Positions 29,765 to 39,403 of a stretch of 64,000 nt of DNA are shown here, piece by piece. This DNA comes from Candidatus Fermentibacterota bacterium (GTDB lineage Bacteria; JAFGKV01), in NCBI GenBank assembly GCA_016928395.1, contig JAFGKV010000186.1, positions 599 through 64,598 of the forward strand. Reading direction: 5' to 3'. The stretch's first letter is position 1. Every line of letters starts with the position of its first letter. The notes below the pieces were generated by a model. The model had not been told where the DNA came from, did no database searches, and was given only the letters and a program-made list of their open reading frames with translations. A program made the translations under genes and the position numbers.

Positions 29765-31285
29765 ATGCAGCACTCTGCGCGGCCGCCTCACTGCATGGAG
29801 ATGGGGTGGTCCGTGAGTTCTCGAGGATCGGAGACGCTCAGAATTCTGCTCATTGACGATAGTCCTTCGCACGCGGCGTTGATGGCGGGCGCATTGCCTT
29901 CGCATGACGAGACACTATTCACCCTGGAGAGATGCACGCGGCTGACAGACGGTCTCCGGCACCTGCAACGCTCAGTCTTCGATCTTGTCGTACTCGGCCT
30001 GACCCTGCCTGATGGCGGTGGCCTTGAGGGGATCGGCTCCGTTCGTCAGGGTACCCCTGGGCTGCCCGTGCTGATTCTTGCCGAGAGAGCAGATCGCGAG
30101 TTGGCCATCGACGCGGTCCGTCGAGGCGCCGACGACTTTCTTGTCGCGAAGACCATCAATCCTGCAATGCTGACGCGGGTCATCCGTCATGCGGTCGAGC
30201 GGGCGCGCTACGAGGCGGCACTGGCCGCCAGCGTCGCCAAACATCAGAGCCTCTTGGCCAGCATCCAGTCACCAGTCTTGGCTCTGGATGAGAGCATGCG
30301 GGTCATCTACTGCAATGAAGCCTATGGGCGTTTCGTGGGTCTCTCTTTGTCCGAGCTGGAGGGGCAGGTACTCACCACGCTGTTTCCCGCCTTTACTCGC
30401 ACTGCATCCTGCGCGGCGTATCGGGCCGCCTTTGACACGGGCCAAAACCAAGAGGTGGAGGGCCCGTGTAAAGATCGATATCTCCGCGCCCGCGTATTCC
30501 GCGCGCCCTTCGGAATTGTTGCCATCGCCGAGGACATCACCGCGCATAAGCGGGCCGAGGAGACACTGCGGCTACGAACCCTTGAGTTGGAGGCGCGTAA
30601 CGAGGAACTTGATGCATTCAACCACACGGTGGCCCATGATCTGCGCAACCCACTGGGCGCCATTCGAGGGTTCGTGGAGCAGTTAGCCGATCATGTCGAC
30701 TCCATGCCGGTCGACGAAATCAGGACCTACCTCGAGAGCATTCTGCATGCCGGCTCCAAGATGAACTCCATCATAGAAGAGCTGCTCCTGCTGGCCGGAA
30801 TCCGCAGGGCAGCTGAGATTCCGATGGCCCACCTCGACATGCCAAAGATCGTTCGTGAAGCGCTTCTTCGCCTCTCGCATGTCACGGCACAGTGCGGGGC
30901 CGAAGTAACTATTGCCGAAACCTTGCCGCCGTCCTTGGGCCACGGCCCCTGGATAGAAGAGGTGTGGGTCAACTACCTCAGCAATGCCCTCATCCACGGA
31001 GGCAGACCACCCAGGATCACCATCGAGGGGGTCGAAAACGGCGATCATGTCCGCTACTCGCTTCGCGACAATGGCAAGGGCATCCGCCCCGAGGAGCACC
31101 AGGCACTCTTCTCCCCCTTCACTCGGCTTGGCGACGCCAAGGCCCCGGGCCACGGCCTTGGGCTCTCCATCGTGCGACGGATCGTCGAGCGGCTCAATGG
31201 AAGTGTGGGCGCCACGAGCACGCCAGACGGATGCACCTTCTGGTTCACGCTCCCGCGTTCAGGCGGCCCAGGCGACGGCGCATGA
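29765..31285 (+). CDS. Sensor histidine kinase with degenerate REC, PAS, HisKA and HATPase domains; start uncertain
   Basis: ILLIDD receiver fold, PAS-like CNEAY, VAHDLRNPL, NYLSNA, DNGKGI, GHGLGL. Confidence 0.88.
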   Translation: MQHSARPPHCMEMGWSVSSRGSETLRILLIDDSPSHAALMAGALPSHDETLFTLERCTRLTDGLRHLQRSVFDLVVLGLTLPDGGGLEGIGSVRQGTPGLPVLILAERADRELAIDAVRRGADDFLVAKTINPAMLTRVIRHAVERARYEAALAASVAKHQSLLASIQSPVLALDESMRVIYCNEAYGRFVGLSLSELEGQVLTTLFPAFTRTASCAAYRAAFDTGQNQEVEGPCKDRYLRARVFRAPFGIVAIAEDITAHKRAEETLRLRTLELEARNEELDAFNHTVAHDLRNPLGAIRGFVEQLADHVDSMPVDEIRTYLESILHAGSKMNSIIEELLLLAGIRRAAEIPMAHLDMPKIVREALLRLSHVTAQCGAEVTIAETLPPSLGHGPWIEEVWVNYLSNALIHGGRPPRITIEGVENGDHVRYSLRDNGKGIRPEEHQALFSPFTRLGDAKAPGHGLGLSIVRRIVERLNGSVGATSTPDGCTFWFTLPRSGGPGDGA

Positions 31286-33024
31286 AGAGCCCTACAGGGC
31301 GAACGAGCGGGGCAAGGCCGGCATTTCTCCTCGCCTGCCACGTGGTGATCTCACCGCTTCTGATGGCCGGTGATCTCTGGGCCATGGTGTACCAGGTCGG
31401 CCCTGGGCAGCCGTATGCTTCCATCGGCGCCGTACCATGGGAGTCGTTGGCAGCCGGCGACAGCGTGGTGATTCACTGGCGGAGCGAACCCTACCGCGAG
31501 AAGTGGGTACTATGCCGTACAGGTACGGCAGATTCCCCCATCGTGGTGCGCGGCCTGCCTTCGCCGGAAGGCGAACGGCCGGTGGTCAGCGGCGAGAATG
31601 CCGTGACCAGGCCTCAGCTTGACTACTGGAATCGCGATCGAGGCGTGGTGAAAATCGGGGGCGCCAGTGTTCCGCCCGACTGCATGCCAGCCCACATCAC
31701 CATCGAGGGCCTGCGAATCCGCAGCGCCCGCCCTCCCTACACCTATGATGGCGGCTCGGCATACTCCTCCAGCGCCTCGGCCATCTACGTCGAAAAGGGA
31801 GAACACCTCACCTTCCGCGACTGCGTCTTCGACGATTGCGGCAACGGCCTCTTCACGGCCTATCAGTCGGCCGTGGTGCTGGTGGACCGATGCGCCATCT
31901 TTGGCAATGGGATCGAAGGCTCCATCTATCAGCACAACTCCTACTGCGAAAGCCAGGGTATCACCTACCAGTTCACTCACTATGGACCGCTGCGTGCGGG
32001 GTGCCCGGGCAATAACCTGAAGGATCGCTCCTCGGGCTGCGTAATCCGGTACAACTGGATCGAAGGCGGCAATCGCCAGCTCGACCTCGTCGACAGCGAT
32101 CACTCGGCCCTGTACAGTGATCCGGCATACCGCACCACCTTCGCCTATGGCAATATCCTCATCGAACCCGACGGTGCTGGCAATAGCCAGATCTGCCACT
32201 ATGGCGGCGATTCCGGGGCGACAAGCCGCTACCGCAAGGGGACGCTCTACTTCTACAGCAACACCGTGGTGTCAACGCGAACGGGCAATACCACGCTCTT
32301 TCGCCTCTCCACGAACGAGGAATCCTGCGACTGCCGTAACTCAGTGGCCTTTGTGAGCGCCACCGGGCCACATCTGGCCATGCTGGATGCCACCGGCGTG
32401 CTGTATCTCTACCATGACTGGTTCAAGACCGGCTGGGTCACCTGCCACGGCACCCTTCAGGGTACGGTCCATGACATGGGCGGAATCGTAACCGGGCCGG
32501 TACCGGGCTTCGCTGACGAGGGAGCGCAGGAGTTCTGGCCCACGCCTGCCTCGGCGTGCGTGGATGCGGGCGCCAATCTGGCCGACCCGTGCGTTCCTGA
32601 CCACACCGTCGAACTCGAGTATGTGAAGCATTCGACCTACAAGGCGCGAGCCCTTGCAGCCCCCGTGGATATCGGCGCCTACGAATCCCCCCACGAGGGT
32701 GGCATCCCTGCCTCGGTATCCGGCGTGTCGGCCAGGGAGGAGGGTATGGCGGTGATCCTGACATGGGAGGCGGTGACTACGGACACGTGCGGATTGCCCC
32801 TCGTGCCGGATGCCTACCGGGTCTATACCGCCACGCGGGCGTATTTCGTACCGGGCAGCGAGCTGCTGCTGACCACTACAGCCGACACCACCACCACGGC
32901 CCCAGGCGCCGCCCAGGATCCGCTGTGGGATCATTTCTTCTGCGTGACCGCGACACGCGCCGGGGTCGAAGGCGCTGCCAGCGAAGCGGTCGGCGCCTTC
33001 GATTTCGTCATGGGTCCGCGATGA
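31282..33024 (+). CDS. Secreted right-handed parallel beta-helix (pectin-lyase-like) protein with FN3-like C-terminus
   Basis: YQVGPGQPY, beta-helix-like Asn/Gly repeats, DIGAYE, C-terminal VILTW...YRVY...FFCVTA...VGAFDF. Confidence 0.75.
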   Translation: MKSPTGRTSGARPAFLLACHVVISPLLMAGDLWAMVYQVGPGQPYASIGAVPWESLAAGDSVVIHWRSEPYREKWVLCRTGTADSPIVVRGLPSPEGERPVVSGENAVTRPQLDYWNRDRGVVKIGGASVPPDCMPAHITIEGLRIRSARPPYTYDGGSAYSSSASAIYVEKGEHLTFRDCVFDDCGNGLFTAYQSAVVLVDRCAIFGNGIEGSIYQHNSYCESQGITYQFTHYGPLRAGCPGNNLKDRSSGCVIRYNWIEGGNRQLDLVDSDHSALYSDPAYRTTFAYGNILIEPDGAGNSQICHYGGDSGATSRYRKGTLYFYSNTVVSTRTGNTTLFRLSTNEESCDCRNSVAFVSATGPHLAMLDATGVLYLYHDWFKTGWVTCHGTLQGTVHDMGGIVTGPVPGFADEGAQEFWPTPASACVDAGANLADPCVPDHTVELEYVKHSTYKARALAAPVDIGAYESPHEGGIPASVSGVSAREEGMAVILTWEAVTTDTCGLPLVPDAYRVYTATRAYFVPGSELLLTTTADTTTTAPGAAQDPLWDHFFCVTATRAGVEGAASEAVGAFDFVMGPR

Positions 33025-34067
33025 ACCTCATCGAGGTTGACCGGCTCAGCAAGACCTTCCTGACCAGGGAGAAAGAGCCCGGATTCCTCGGCAGCCTGCG
33101 TAGCACGTTACGACCGCGGAACCGGGAGACCGCAGCGGTACGGAGCATCTCGTTCGCGGTGGAGGCCGGTCAACGGCTGGCATTCATCGGCCCGAATGGC
33201 GCAGGTAAGTCCACCACCATCAAAATGCTGGTAGGCATACTCTACCCCACATCCGGTCAGGCCTCGGTGCTGGGCAAGACGCCATGGTCCCAGCGGCAGG
33301 CGCTGGCCCGGGAAATCGGCGTGGTGTTCGGGCAGAAGTCACAGCTCTGGTATCACCTGCCCCCTCATGATTCCTTCGATCTGCTGGGTCGGATTTTCGG
33401 CCTCAAACCCTCGGAGACCCGCGCGCGAACCCGCCAGCTTGTGGAGTTGTTCGAGATCGCCCGCCACATGGAAACCCCCGTGCGCAAGCTCTCGTTGGGC
33501 GAGCGCATGCGCTGCGAAATCGCTGCCTCACTGCTCCACCGGCCCAAGGCCGTCTTTCTGGATGAGCCTACCATCGGCCTCGACGTGGTCATCAAACAGC
33601 GAATCCGTGATCTCATTCTTACCCTGAACCGAACCGAGGGGCTTACCCTGTTCCTGACGTCCCACGACGCCGGCGACATGGAAGCCCTCTGCAGCCGTGC
33701 TCTGGTGATCAACCACGGTGAGATCATATTCGACGGCCGTGTCTCGGCACTGAAGCGTGATTACATCAAGACCAAGACCATCTCGTTGAAGCTGCGCCAG
33801 ACGTGGGAGGGCTTCGAGATGCCCGGCGTCAGCGTCCTGAAGCACAAGGGGTATGGCGTGAAACTGGAAGTATCGACCGACCGGGCACCCATCGACCGCG
33901 TCATCGCCGCCGTGCTTGATCGATACACAGTTGCGGACCTCAGCGTCGACGACCCGCCCATGGAGGAAGTCATCTCGGCCATTTACGCCGAGCCGGCCTC
34001 TGCCGAGGGCAGATCGCCCAGAACTCCTTCTCCCTCGACAGGAGAAGGCCGGGATGGGGGTGAGTAG
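33021..34067 (+). CDS. ABC transporter ATP-binding protein
   Basis: GPNGAGKST, LSLGERMR, FLDEPTIGLD, LTSHD. Confidence 0.93.
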   Translation: MNLIEVDRLSKTFLTREKEPGFLGSLRSTLRPRNRETAAVRSISFAVEAGQRLAFIGPNGAGKSTTIKMLVGILYPTSGQASVLGKTPWSQRQALAREIGVVFGQKSQLWYHLPPHDSFDLLGRIFGLKPSETRARTRQLVELFEIARHMETPVRKLSLGERMRCEIAASLLHRPKAVFLDEPTIGLDVVIKQRIRDLILTLNRTEGLTLFLTSHDAGDMEALCSRALVINHGEIIFDGRVSALKRDYIKTKTISLKLRQTWEGFEMPGVSVLKHKGYGVKLEVSTDRAPIDRVIAAVLDRYTVADLSVDDPPMEEVISAIYAEPASAEGRSPRTPSPSTGEGRDGGE

Positions 34068-34105
34068 TGGCCTCATTCCCTCCTGTGCACAGCGCCTCCT
34101 GACCC

Positions 34106-34900
34106 ATGGGCGTGCTCACCTACGCCGCCGTAGCGCGCCTGGCTGCGCGCCAGCAGACCGCCTACCGGGGAGAGATGGTCGCCAGAGCGATCTCCATGGG
34201 CGTCTTCATGGTGGTGTTTGTCGCCCTCTGGTCCGCCGCGTTCTCCGGCCGGGCATCCGTCCCTCTGGCCGGCTACAGCCGAGAGCACGTGCTGTGGTAC
34301 CTGGTCATGACCGAAACCATCGTACTCTCGTCTTCCCGTGTGTTCCTGGAGATCAGCGAGGCGGTGAGAGCCGGAGACATCGCGTACACTCTGGTGCGCC
34401 CGACCCACTATGCCGTGTGGCAGATTGCGCATTCGCTGGGAGGTGCGCTGCCTCGGTTCGTCACCAGCCTGGTGGCCGGGTCGGCGGTGGTGTTCGCCTT
34501 CACTGGAACTGTCGCCGGCTCTCTCGGCGGGCTCCTCAGCTTCGCGCTGCTGGGTACTGCGGCTTTGGTGCTTGACGGCATCATCGCCGTCTTGATCGGG
34601 CTGGCGGCCTTCTGGATCGAAGACGTATCTCCCGTTTTCTGGATCTACCAGAAGCTGCTGTTCACCATCGGCGGCATGTTGGTACCGCTGCAGTTCTTCC
34701 CCCAGTGGCTGCAGCAGATCGCTGCGTGGCTGCCGTTTTCGCTTGTCGTCTATGCACCGGCCCATGCCTTCGTCGCGGGCAGTCCCTCCCACCTCCTCCG
34801 GACGCTGGCCGGTCAGGCTGCCTACCTCGCCGGAGCTGCCCTACTCCTCCAGCTTGTGTGGCGCAGAGCCCAGCGCCGCATGGTGGTTCAGGGAGGATAA
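34106..34900 (+). CDS. ABC-2 family permease
   Basis: AYRG motif, GDIAYTLVRP, multiple TM helices, ends VQGG. Confidence 0.87.
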   Translation: MGVLTYAAVARLAARQQTAYRGEMVARAISMGVFMVVFVALWSAAFSGRASVPLAGYSREHVLWYLVMTETIVLSSSRVFLEISEAVRAGDIAYTLVRPTHYAVWQIAHSLGGALPRFVTSLVAGSAVVFAFTGTVAGSLGGLLSFALLGTAALVLDGIIAVLIGLAAFWIEDVSPVFWIYQKLLFTIGGMLVPLQFFPQWLQQIAAWLPFSLVVYAPAHAFVAGSPSHLLRTLAGQAAYLAGAALLLQLVWRRAQRRMVVQGG

Positions 34901-35098
34901 GGAAGGGATGGAGGGAATGATGGAACGATGGAACGATGGAATGATGGAATGATGGAAGGACGGGTGGAGGAGTGCAGGGGTGGCGCTTCTGAATTCTGAC
35001 GTATGGATTCCTCTCCTGCGTAGCGCAGACCTGCCTCCATCGTTCCATATTCCCCATGATTATGGAGTCATTCCAGTACCCCATGACTCCATCCCTCC
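34901..35098. repeat. Intergenic octamer tandem repeat (GGAAYGAT) with a degenerate inverted counterpart
   Basis: Five GGAA(T/C)GAT units at 34914-34953; TCCATCGTTCCA...TCATTCCA...CTCCATCCCTCC at ~35036-35098. Confidence 0.8.
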
Positions 35099-35118
35099 AC
35101 ACTCGACGAGTTAGTCCC

Positions 35119-35901
35119 ATGCGCCACCTGACGCTCATCCTCGCCTATCTCCGCCACAATCTTCTGTCGGCCATGGCCTACCGTGGAGCGTTTCTGCTGC
35201 AAGTCATGGGGATGGTCCTCAACAACTCGTTCTTCCTCTTCTTCTGGTGGGTGTTCTTCCAGAGGATTCCAACCTTGCAGGGATGGGGCCTGTCGGACGT
35301 GATGATTCTGTTCGGCCTTGTCGCGTTCGCCTTCGGCATCGCCACCGCCGTCTTCGGCAACTGCCTGCGCATTCCCCGACTGGTCGTTACCGGACAGCTC
35401 GATTACTATCTGACTCTCCCTGCCGACCCGCTCGTGCACCTCCTGGTGTCCCGGATGTCGCTCTCCGCCTGGGGCGATGTGCTCTTCGGCCTGGGCCTCT
35501 TCTGCGTGATTCACCCCCTTGACCCTCTCAGGCTTCTCATCTTCGTGAGTGTCGGGCTGCTGTCTGCCGCGGTTCTAGTCTCTTTCGGTGTACTCTCCGG
35601 GTCGTTGGTTTTCTGGCTGGGCAGCATGGAACAGGGGGCCGAGCAGATCATCTGGTCCATCACGACGTTTTCCATGTACCCCACGGAGCTGTTTCCCCCC
35701 GCCATCCGAGTCATCCTCTACACACTCATCCCGGCGGCCTTCGTCGGAGCCCTTCCGGCCCGCCTCGTCGCCCAGTTCTCCTGGGATCGCCTCGGCCTGC
35801 TCCTGGCCTTCACCGTGGGTTTTGCCCTCCTGGCTCGGCTGGTCTTCTATCGGGGCCTTCGCCGCTACTCCTCAGGCAATCTCGTCGCCATGCGCGGCTG
35901 A
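35119..35901 (+). CDS. ABC-2 family permease (second subunit)
   Basis: AMAYRG, GW, GQLDYYL, YP, IPAAF, YSSG. Confidence 0.87.
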   Translation: MRHLTLILAYLRHNLLSAMAYRGAFLLQVMGMVLNNSFFLFFWWVFFQRIPTLQGWGLSDVMILFGLVAFAFGIATAVFGNCLRIPRLVVTGQLDYYLTLPADPLVHLLVSRMSLSAWGDVLFGLGLFCVIHPLDPLRLLIFVSVGLLSAAVLVSFGVLSGSLVFWLGSMEQGAEQIIWSITTFSMYPTELFPPAIRVILYTLIPAAFVGALPARLVAQFSWDRLGLLLAFTVGFALLARLVFYRGLRRYSSGNLVAMRG

Positions 35902-35929
35902 CCATGGCCTCACCGGGGAATCGGGCACT

Positions 35930-35965
35930 CCGCAGGACTATTCTAATATTAGAATAGTCCTGCGG
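35930..35965. repeat. Perfect 36-bp palindrome containing ACTATTCT-N6-AGAATAGT (dyad site 1)
   Basis: CCGCAGGACTATTCTAAT|ATTAGAATAGTCCTGCGG is self-complementary. Confidence 0.9.
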
Positions 35966-36060
35966 GAACGGGAGGAGCGCCTTCAGCCCCCTGAACCCAA
36001 CCTGGCTTCTGCGGGTTCATCCTGAAAGGCATCCGGTATTCCCCACCGGATCGAGCGCAT

Positions 36061-36252
36061 CGGAAGGCGAGCAATGTAAGACGTCTTTTCCTGTGTGGAG
36101 TGCCTCTGCTCATGGTGACGACTGGATGCGGCGGAAGCGGGCCGGCTGTTCTGGAGATGGTAAAGATCAGGGGAGGGTCGTTCCTCATGGGGTCGAATGC
36201 AGGAGATCCTGACGAACAGCCCGTGCATGAGGTGCATATCATGGATGAATAG
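36061..36252 (+). pseudogene. Truncated FGE-sulfatase (SUMF1) domain lipoprotein remnant
   Basis: Hand translation RRLFLCGVPLLMVTTGC...LEMVKIRGGSFLMGSNAGDPDEQPVHEVHIMDE*, the N-terminal FGE motif followed by a stop. Confidence 0.7.
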
Positions 36253-36428
36253 ACGGAATGGCGAAATGATTGGGGAGAGGAGAACTGAATCGCCCACGCA
36301 GAGAAACAACAGACAACCCGTTCGATCCTGACTGCGCAATGGAGTGCGGAGGTTGACGTCGTGCGGGGCACATCGTTGTCTTGTCGGTGAGCGCAGAAGG
36401 TCTGCGCTCGCACGAACGAACACGGAGA

Positions 36429-37673
36429 ATGTGGATGCGGCGATCCCTGGTGGAGTTTCTGGGGCTTCGCAGGAGCATGCTGGGGCTCCTGGGCATGGTA
36501 GTCTTGGTGGGCATGGGTGAGAAGATGGCGGAGCGTTTTCTGCCCATCTACCTAATCGCCCTGGGAGGCGGGCCGCTGGTGGTCGGCCTTCTCAATGGCC
36601 TGGACAACCTGCTTTCCGCCCTCTACTCGTTTCCTGGCGGCTACCTCGCTGAGCGTCTGGGCACCAAACGCGCACTCATGGTCTTCAACATCATGGCCAT
36701 GGCGGGATTCGTCATCGTCATCGCCATCCCGACCTGGCAGGCAGTGATCATCGGGTCGGTGCTCTTCCTCTCGTGGACCGCCATCTCCCTGCCCGGCACC
36801 ATGAAATTGGTGTCGACAGTCCTCCCCAAGGAAAAGCGCACAATGGGCGTTTCGCTGCACTCGTTGGTGCGTCGCATTCCCATGGCCTTGGGACCCCTGG
36901 TGGGTGGTGCCCTCATCGCGGCCAGGGGAGAACGCGACGGGGTACGCCTCGCCTTTGTGGCCGCGCTGGTCCTAGCAGGCGTGGCCGCATGGCTGCAGCA
37001 CGTACTTATCGAGGATGACCGGGGCACGCATAGGGCCGGGGCATCTCCAAGCAAGAACCCGCTCAGTCTCTGGCGAGGCATGCATCCGAGCCTGAAGAAC
37101 CTCCTGGTGGCCGATATCCTGGTGCGCTTCTGCGAGCAGATTCCCTATGCGTTCGTGGTCATCTGGTGCATGAAGACGGTTGCTCGACCCGTGTCGGCCT
37201 TCCAGTTCGGCATACTCACTGCGGTCGAGATGACCACCGCCCTGCTCATCTACATCCCCATCGCCTATCTGGCTGACCGGGGCAACAAGAAGCCCTACGT
37301 GGTGACCACTTTCGGTTTCTTCACCATCTTCCCGATGGTGCTCATGATGTCCAGGTCGTTCTGGCCGTTGGTGTTCGCATTCATTCTTCGCGGGCTCAAG
37401 GAGTTCGGCGAGCCGACCCGCAAGGCCCTGATCATGGATCTGGCTCCCGACGATGCCAAGGCGGCCACCTTTGGTCTCTACTACCTGGTGCGAGACGTGG
37501 TGGTCTCCCTGGCCGCCTTCGGCGGGTCACTGCTGTGGCTCATCTCTCCTCAGGTGAACTTCATCGCCGCCTCGGCATTCGGTCTCCTGGGCACCGTCTG
37601 GTTCGGCCTTCGGGGCCGGGACCTCGGGGCGGGCTATCCGCTGAACGGATCTCTCCCCCGGGCCAGCGGTTGA
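36429..37673 (+). CDS. MFS transporter
   Basis: About 12 TM helices; GYLAERLGTK and AYLADRGNKK motif A copies. Confidence 0.9.
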   Translation: MWMRRSLVEFLGLRRSMLGLLGMVVLVGMGEKMAERFLPIYLIALGGGPLVVGLLNGLDNLLSALYSFPGGYLAERLGTKRALMVFNIMAMAGFVIVIAIPTWQAVIIGSVLFLSWTAISLPGTMKLVSTVLPKEKRTMGVSLHSLVRRIPMALGPLVGGALIAARGERDGVRLAFVAALVLAGVAAWLQHVLIEDDRGTHRAGASPSKNPLSLWRGMHPSLKNLLVADILVRFCEQIPYAFVVIWCMKTVARPVSAFQFGILTAVEMTTALLIYIPIAYLADRGNKKPYVVTTFGFFTIFPMVLMMSRSFWPLVFAFILRGLKEFGEPTRKALIMDLAPDDAKAATFGLYYLVRDVVVSLAAFGGSLLWLISPQVNFIAASAFGLLGTVWFGLRGRDLGAGYPLNGSLPRASG

Positions 37674-38122
37674 CTTGACCCGTCATCCGCTCGGGAATTC
37701 GGGCCGGATCGTACCTCTTCGTCGCGGCTGTCCGCAGACACCGCCTGGCTGATGATCCGGTCGGTCACCTCGGAAAGATGGGCCTCGAGGACAGCGCTGA
37801 ACTCCAGAAATTCAGGCCATAGCGTCTCCTCCACGAATCGGCGGGATACGCGGGCCATCACCGTGGTCCGCCGTTGGTTGCGGTAGCGATAGGGCTCGAC
37901 TCCATACCGCCGGAGCAGAGCGAACAGGAGCCTGCGCGACCAGCCGTCGGACACGGAAAACCGGAACTCCGTCGGCGGGTCGAGCTCTGCAAGCTCGCCC
38001 AGGCGCCTGCGGATCCGTTCCGCGGCATCCGCCGCTGCCGCCTTCTCGCCCTCTGTGCCGGGCCGCGCGAACAGCGCTTCGATCCGATGGAGCTTCTCAA
38101 TGAGCTGACGTTCGTCGGTCAC
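37634..38122 (-). CDS. Hypothetical protein (possibly DUF2786-like N-terminus)
   Basis: LIEKLHRIEALFARPGTEGEKAAA; GTGA overlap with the upstream gene. Confidence 0.65.
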   Translation of the reverse strand: MTDERQLIEKLHRIEALFARPGTEGEKAAAADAAERIRRRLGELAELDPPTEFRFSVSDGWSRRLLFALLRRYGVEPYRYRNQRRTTVMARVSRRFVEETLWPEFLEFSAVLEAHLSEVTDRIISQAVSADSRDEEVRSGPNSRADDGSSQPLARGRDPFSG

Positions 38123-38619
38123 GTGACCTCTTCGCTGCTCTGCACCCGCGCACGTTGGTAGGGCTCAGGGTTCGGGGGTTCGGCCTCCGGAGACGCAGCA
38201 GGGAGTCGCTGATCGGGGGAGTCAGCCGTGTCCCCGGGGGCGATTCCCGTGGGTGATGCCGCCTTCGGGCGGACGAAGTGCGTAGACCAGAGCTCCTCGA
38301 TGGCCGGGATCCGGCTTCGGGAGAACCGCAGGTGAACCTTGGGGCCTTTGCCCCATGCCATGTAGCCGGTGTGGCTGGGTTTCAGCTTTCCGTTCATGCT
38401 GTTCCTCCGCACGGTCTTCATGATGAACGAGATCCGAGCGAGGTTGACGCGGACCACCTTCTCAAGGTAGGGGACGCGGCGAAACCTCCAGGATTCAAAG
38501 TCCTTCGGATCCAGGTAACCGAGGGCCATGAACACGTCGGGATAGCTGATATACCCCTTCTCGCGGAGCAGCTCACCTGTCACCGTACCGAGCTTCTTCA
38601 GCAGATCCCGCCTGTTCAT
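38119..38619 (-). CDS. Basic hypothetical protein
   Basis: WRFRRVPYLEKV...NL, LRFSRS...IEELWSTHF; coding-like composition. Confidence 0.65.
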   Translation of the reverse strand: MNRRDLLKKLGTVTGELLREKGYISYPDVFMALGYLDPKDFESWRFRRVPYLEKVVRVNLARISFIMKTVRRNSMNGKLKPSHTGYMAWGKGPKVHLRFSRSRIPAIEELWSTHFVRPKAASPTGIAPGDTADSPDQRLPAASPEAEPPNPEPYQRARVQSSEEVT

Positions 38620-38710
38620 CGCGCAACGGTCTCCACCGCGCGGCCGCTTTGCATGCATCCCGTAAGGCTTCCTCGATGCACGTGCCTCCCTTCCTCCGCT
38701 ACCGGGCAGC

Positions 38711-39403
38711 CTAGCCGCGCAGCCAGTGCACCACCCATACGGGCAGCATGCCGCCGATGTTGAAGAGGGCGTGGATGATGACCGCCGGAAGCAGGCTTCC
38801 CGTCCTTTCGCGGTAGCGGGCCGCGACCAACCCCAGGAGGATCGTGAGCACGATCAGGGGACCCGCCGCCGCTCCCATGGATCTGATGAGCACAATGTGC
38901 ATCAGCCCGAAAAACACTCCGCTGACGACAACCGGCAGGCTCAGCCTGCGCGAACCGGAAACCCTTGGGTCGGAGTTGCCGCCCAGGAGCGTTTGCAGCA
39001 GCCCCCTGGTCAATACCTCCTCACAGATGCTGGCATACACCCACACGAAGACGACAATCTGCAGCTTCGTGAAGTTGGCGGCGGGTCCGGCGCGACCCTG
39101 CGCTCCCCCGGACGCAACCATTGCGAGGAGAGAGAGTACTGCGGTCGGCACGGCCCAAAGCAGGATGCGAGGGCTGAACCTAAACGTTCCGAGGGTGAAC
39201 CCGAACAGCGCAAGCCGGCCCCGTGAGAGAAGCCACATCGCCGCAAGGGAGAGTGTGAGCATCACGGAATGCGTGATCCACGACGAGGGGAAGAAACTCT
39301 CCGCCGGGAGGCGGATAACCCTCGGAGCCTGGAGTGCCGCCAGGGCAATAGCCGCCGCCAGGGCGAGGCCGGTCACGAGCCTGAACGATAAGCGATGTGC
39401 CAT
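38711..39403 (-). CDS. CPBP (Abi/CAAX protease-like) intramembrane metalloprotease
   Basis: EEVLTRG, FGLMH, HALFN motifs; GGAGG RBS. Confidence 0.88.
   Translation of the reverse strand: MAHRLSFRLVTGLALAAAIALAALQAPRVIRLPAESFFPSSWITHSVMLTLSLAAMWLLSRGRLALFGFTLGTFRFSPRILLWAVPTAVLSLLAMVASGGAQGRAGPAANFTKLQIVVFVWVYASICEEVLTRGLLQTLLGGNSDPRVSGSRRLSLPVVVSGVFFGLMHIVLIRSMGAAAGPLIVLTILLGLVAARYRERTGSLLPAVIIHALFNIGGMLPVWVVHWLRG

Noticed and set aside
36061-36252. Diversity-generating retroelement
   Set aside because: No reverse transcriptase and no TR/VR pair differing at adenines; only an N-terminal FGE fragment.
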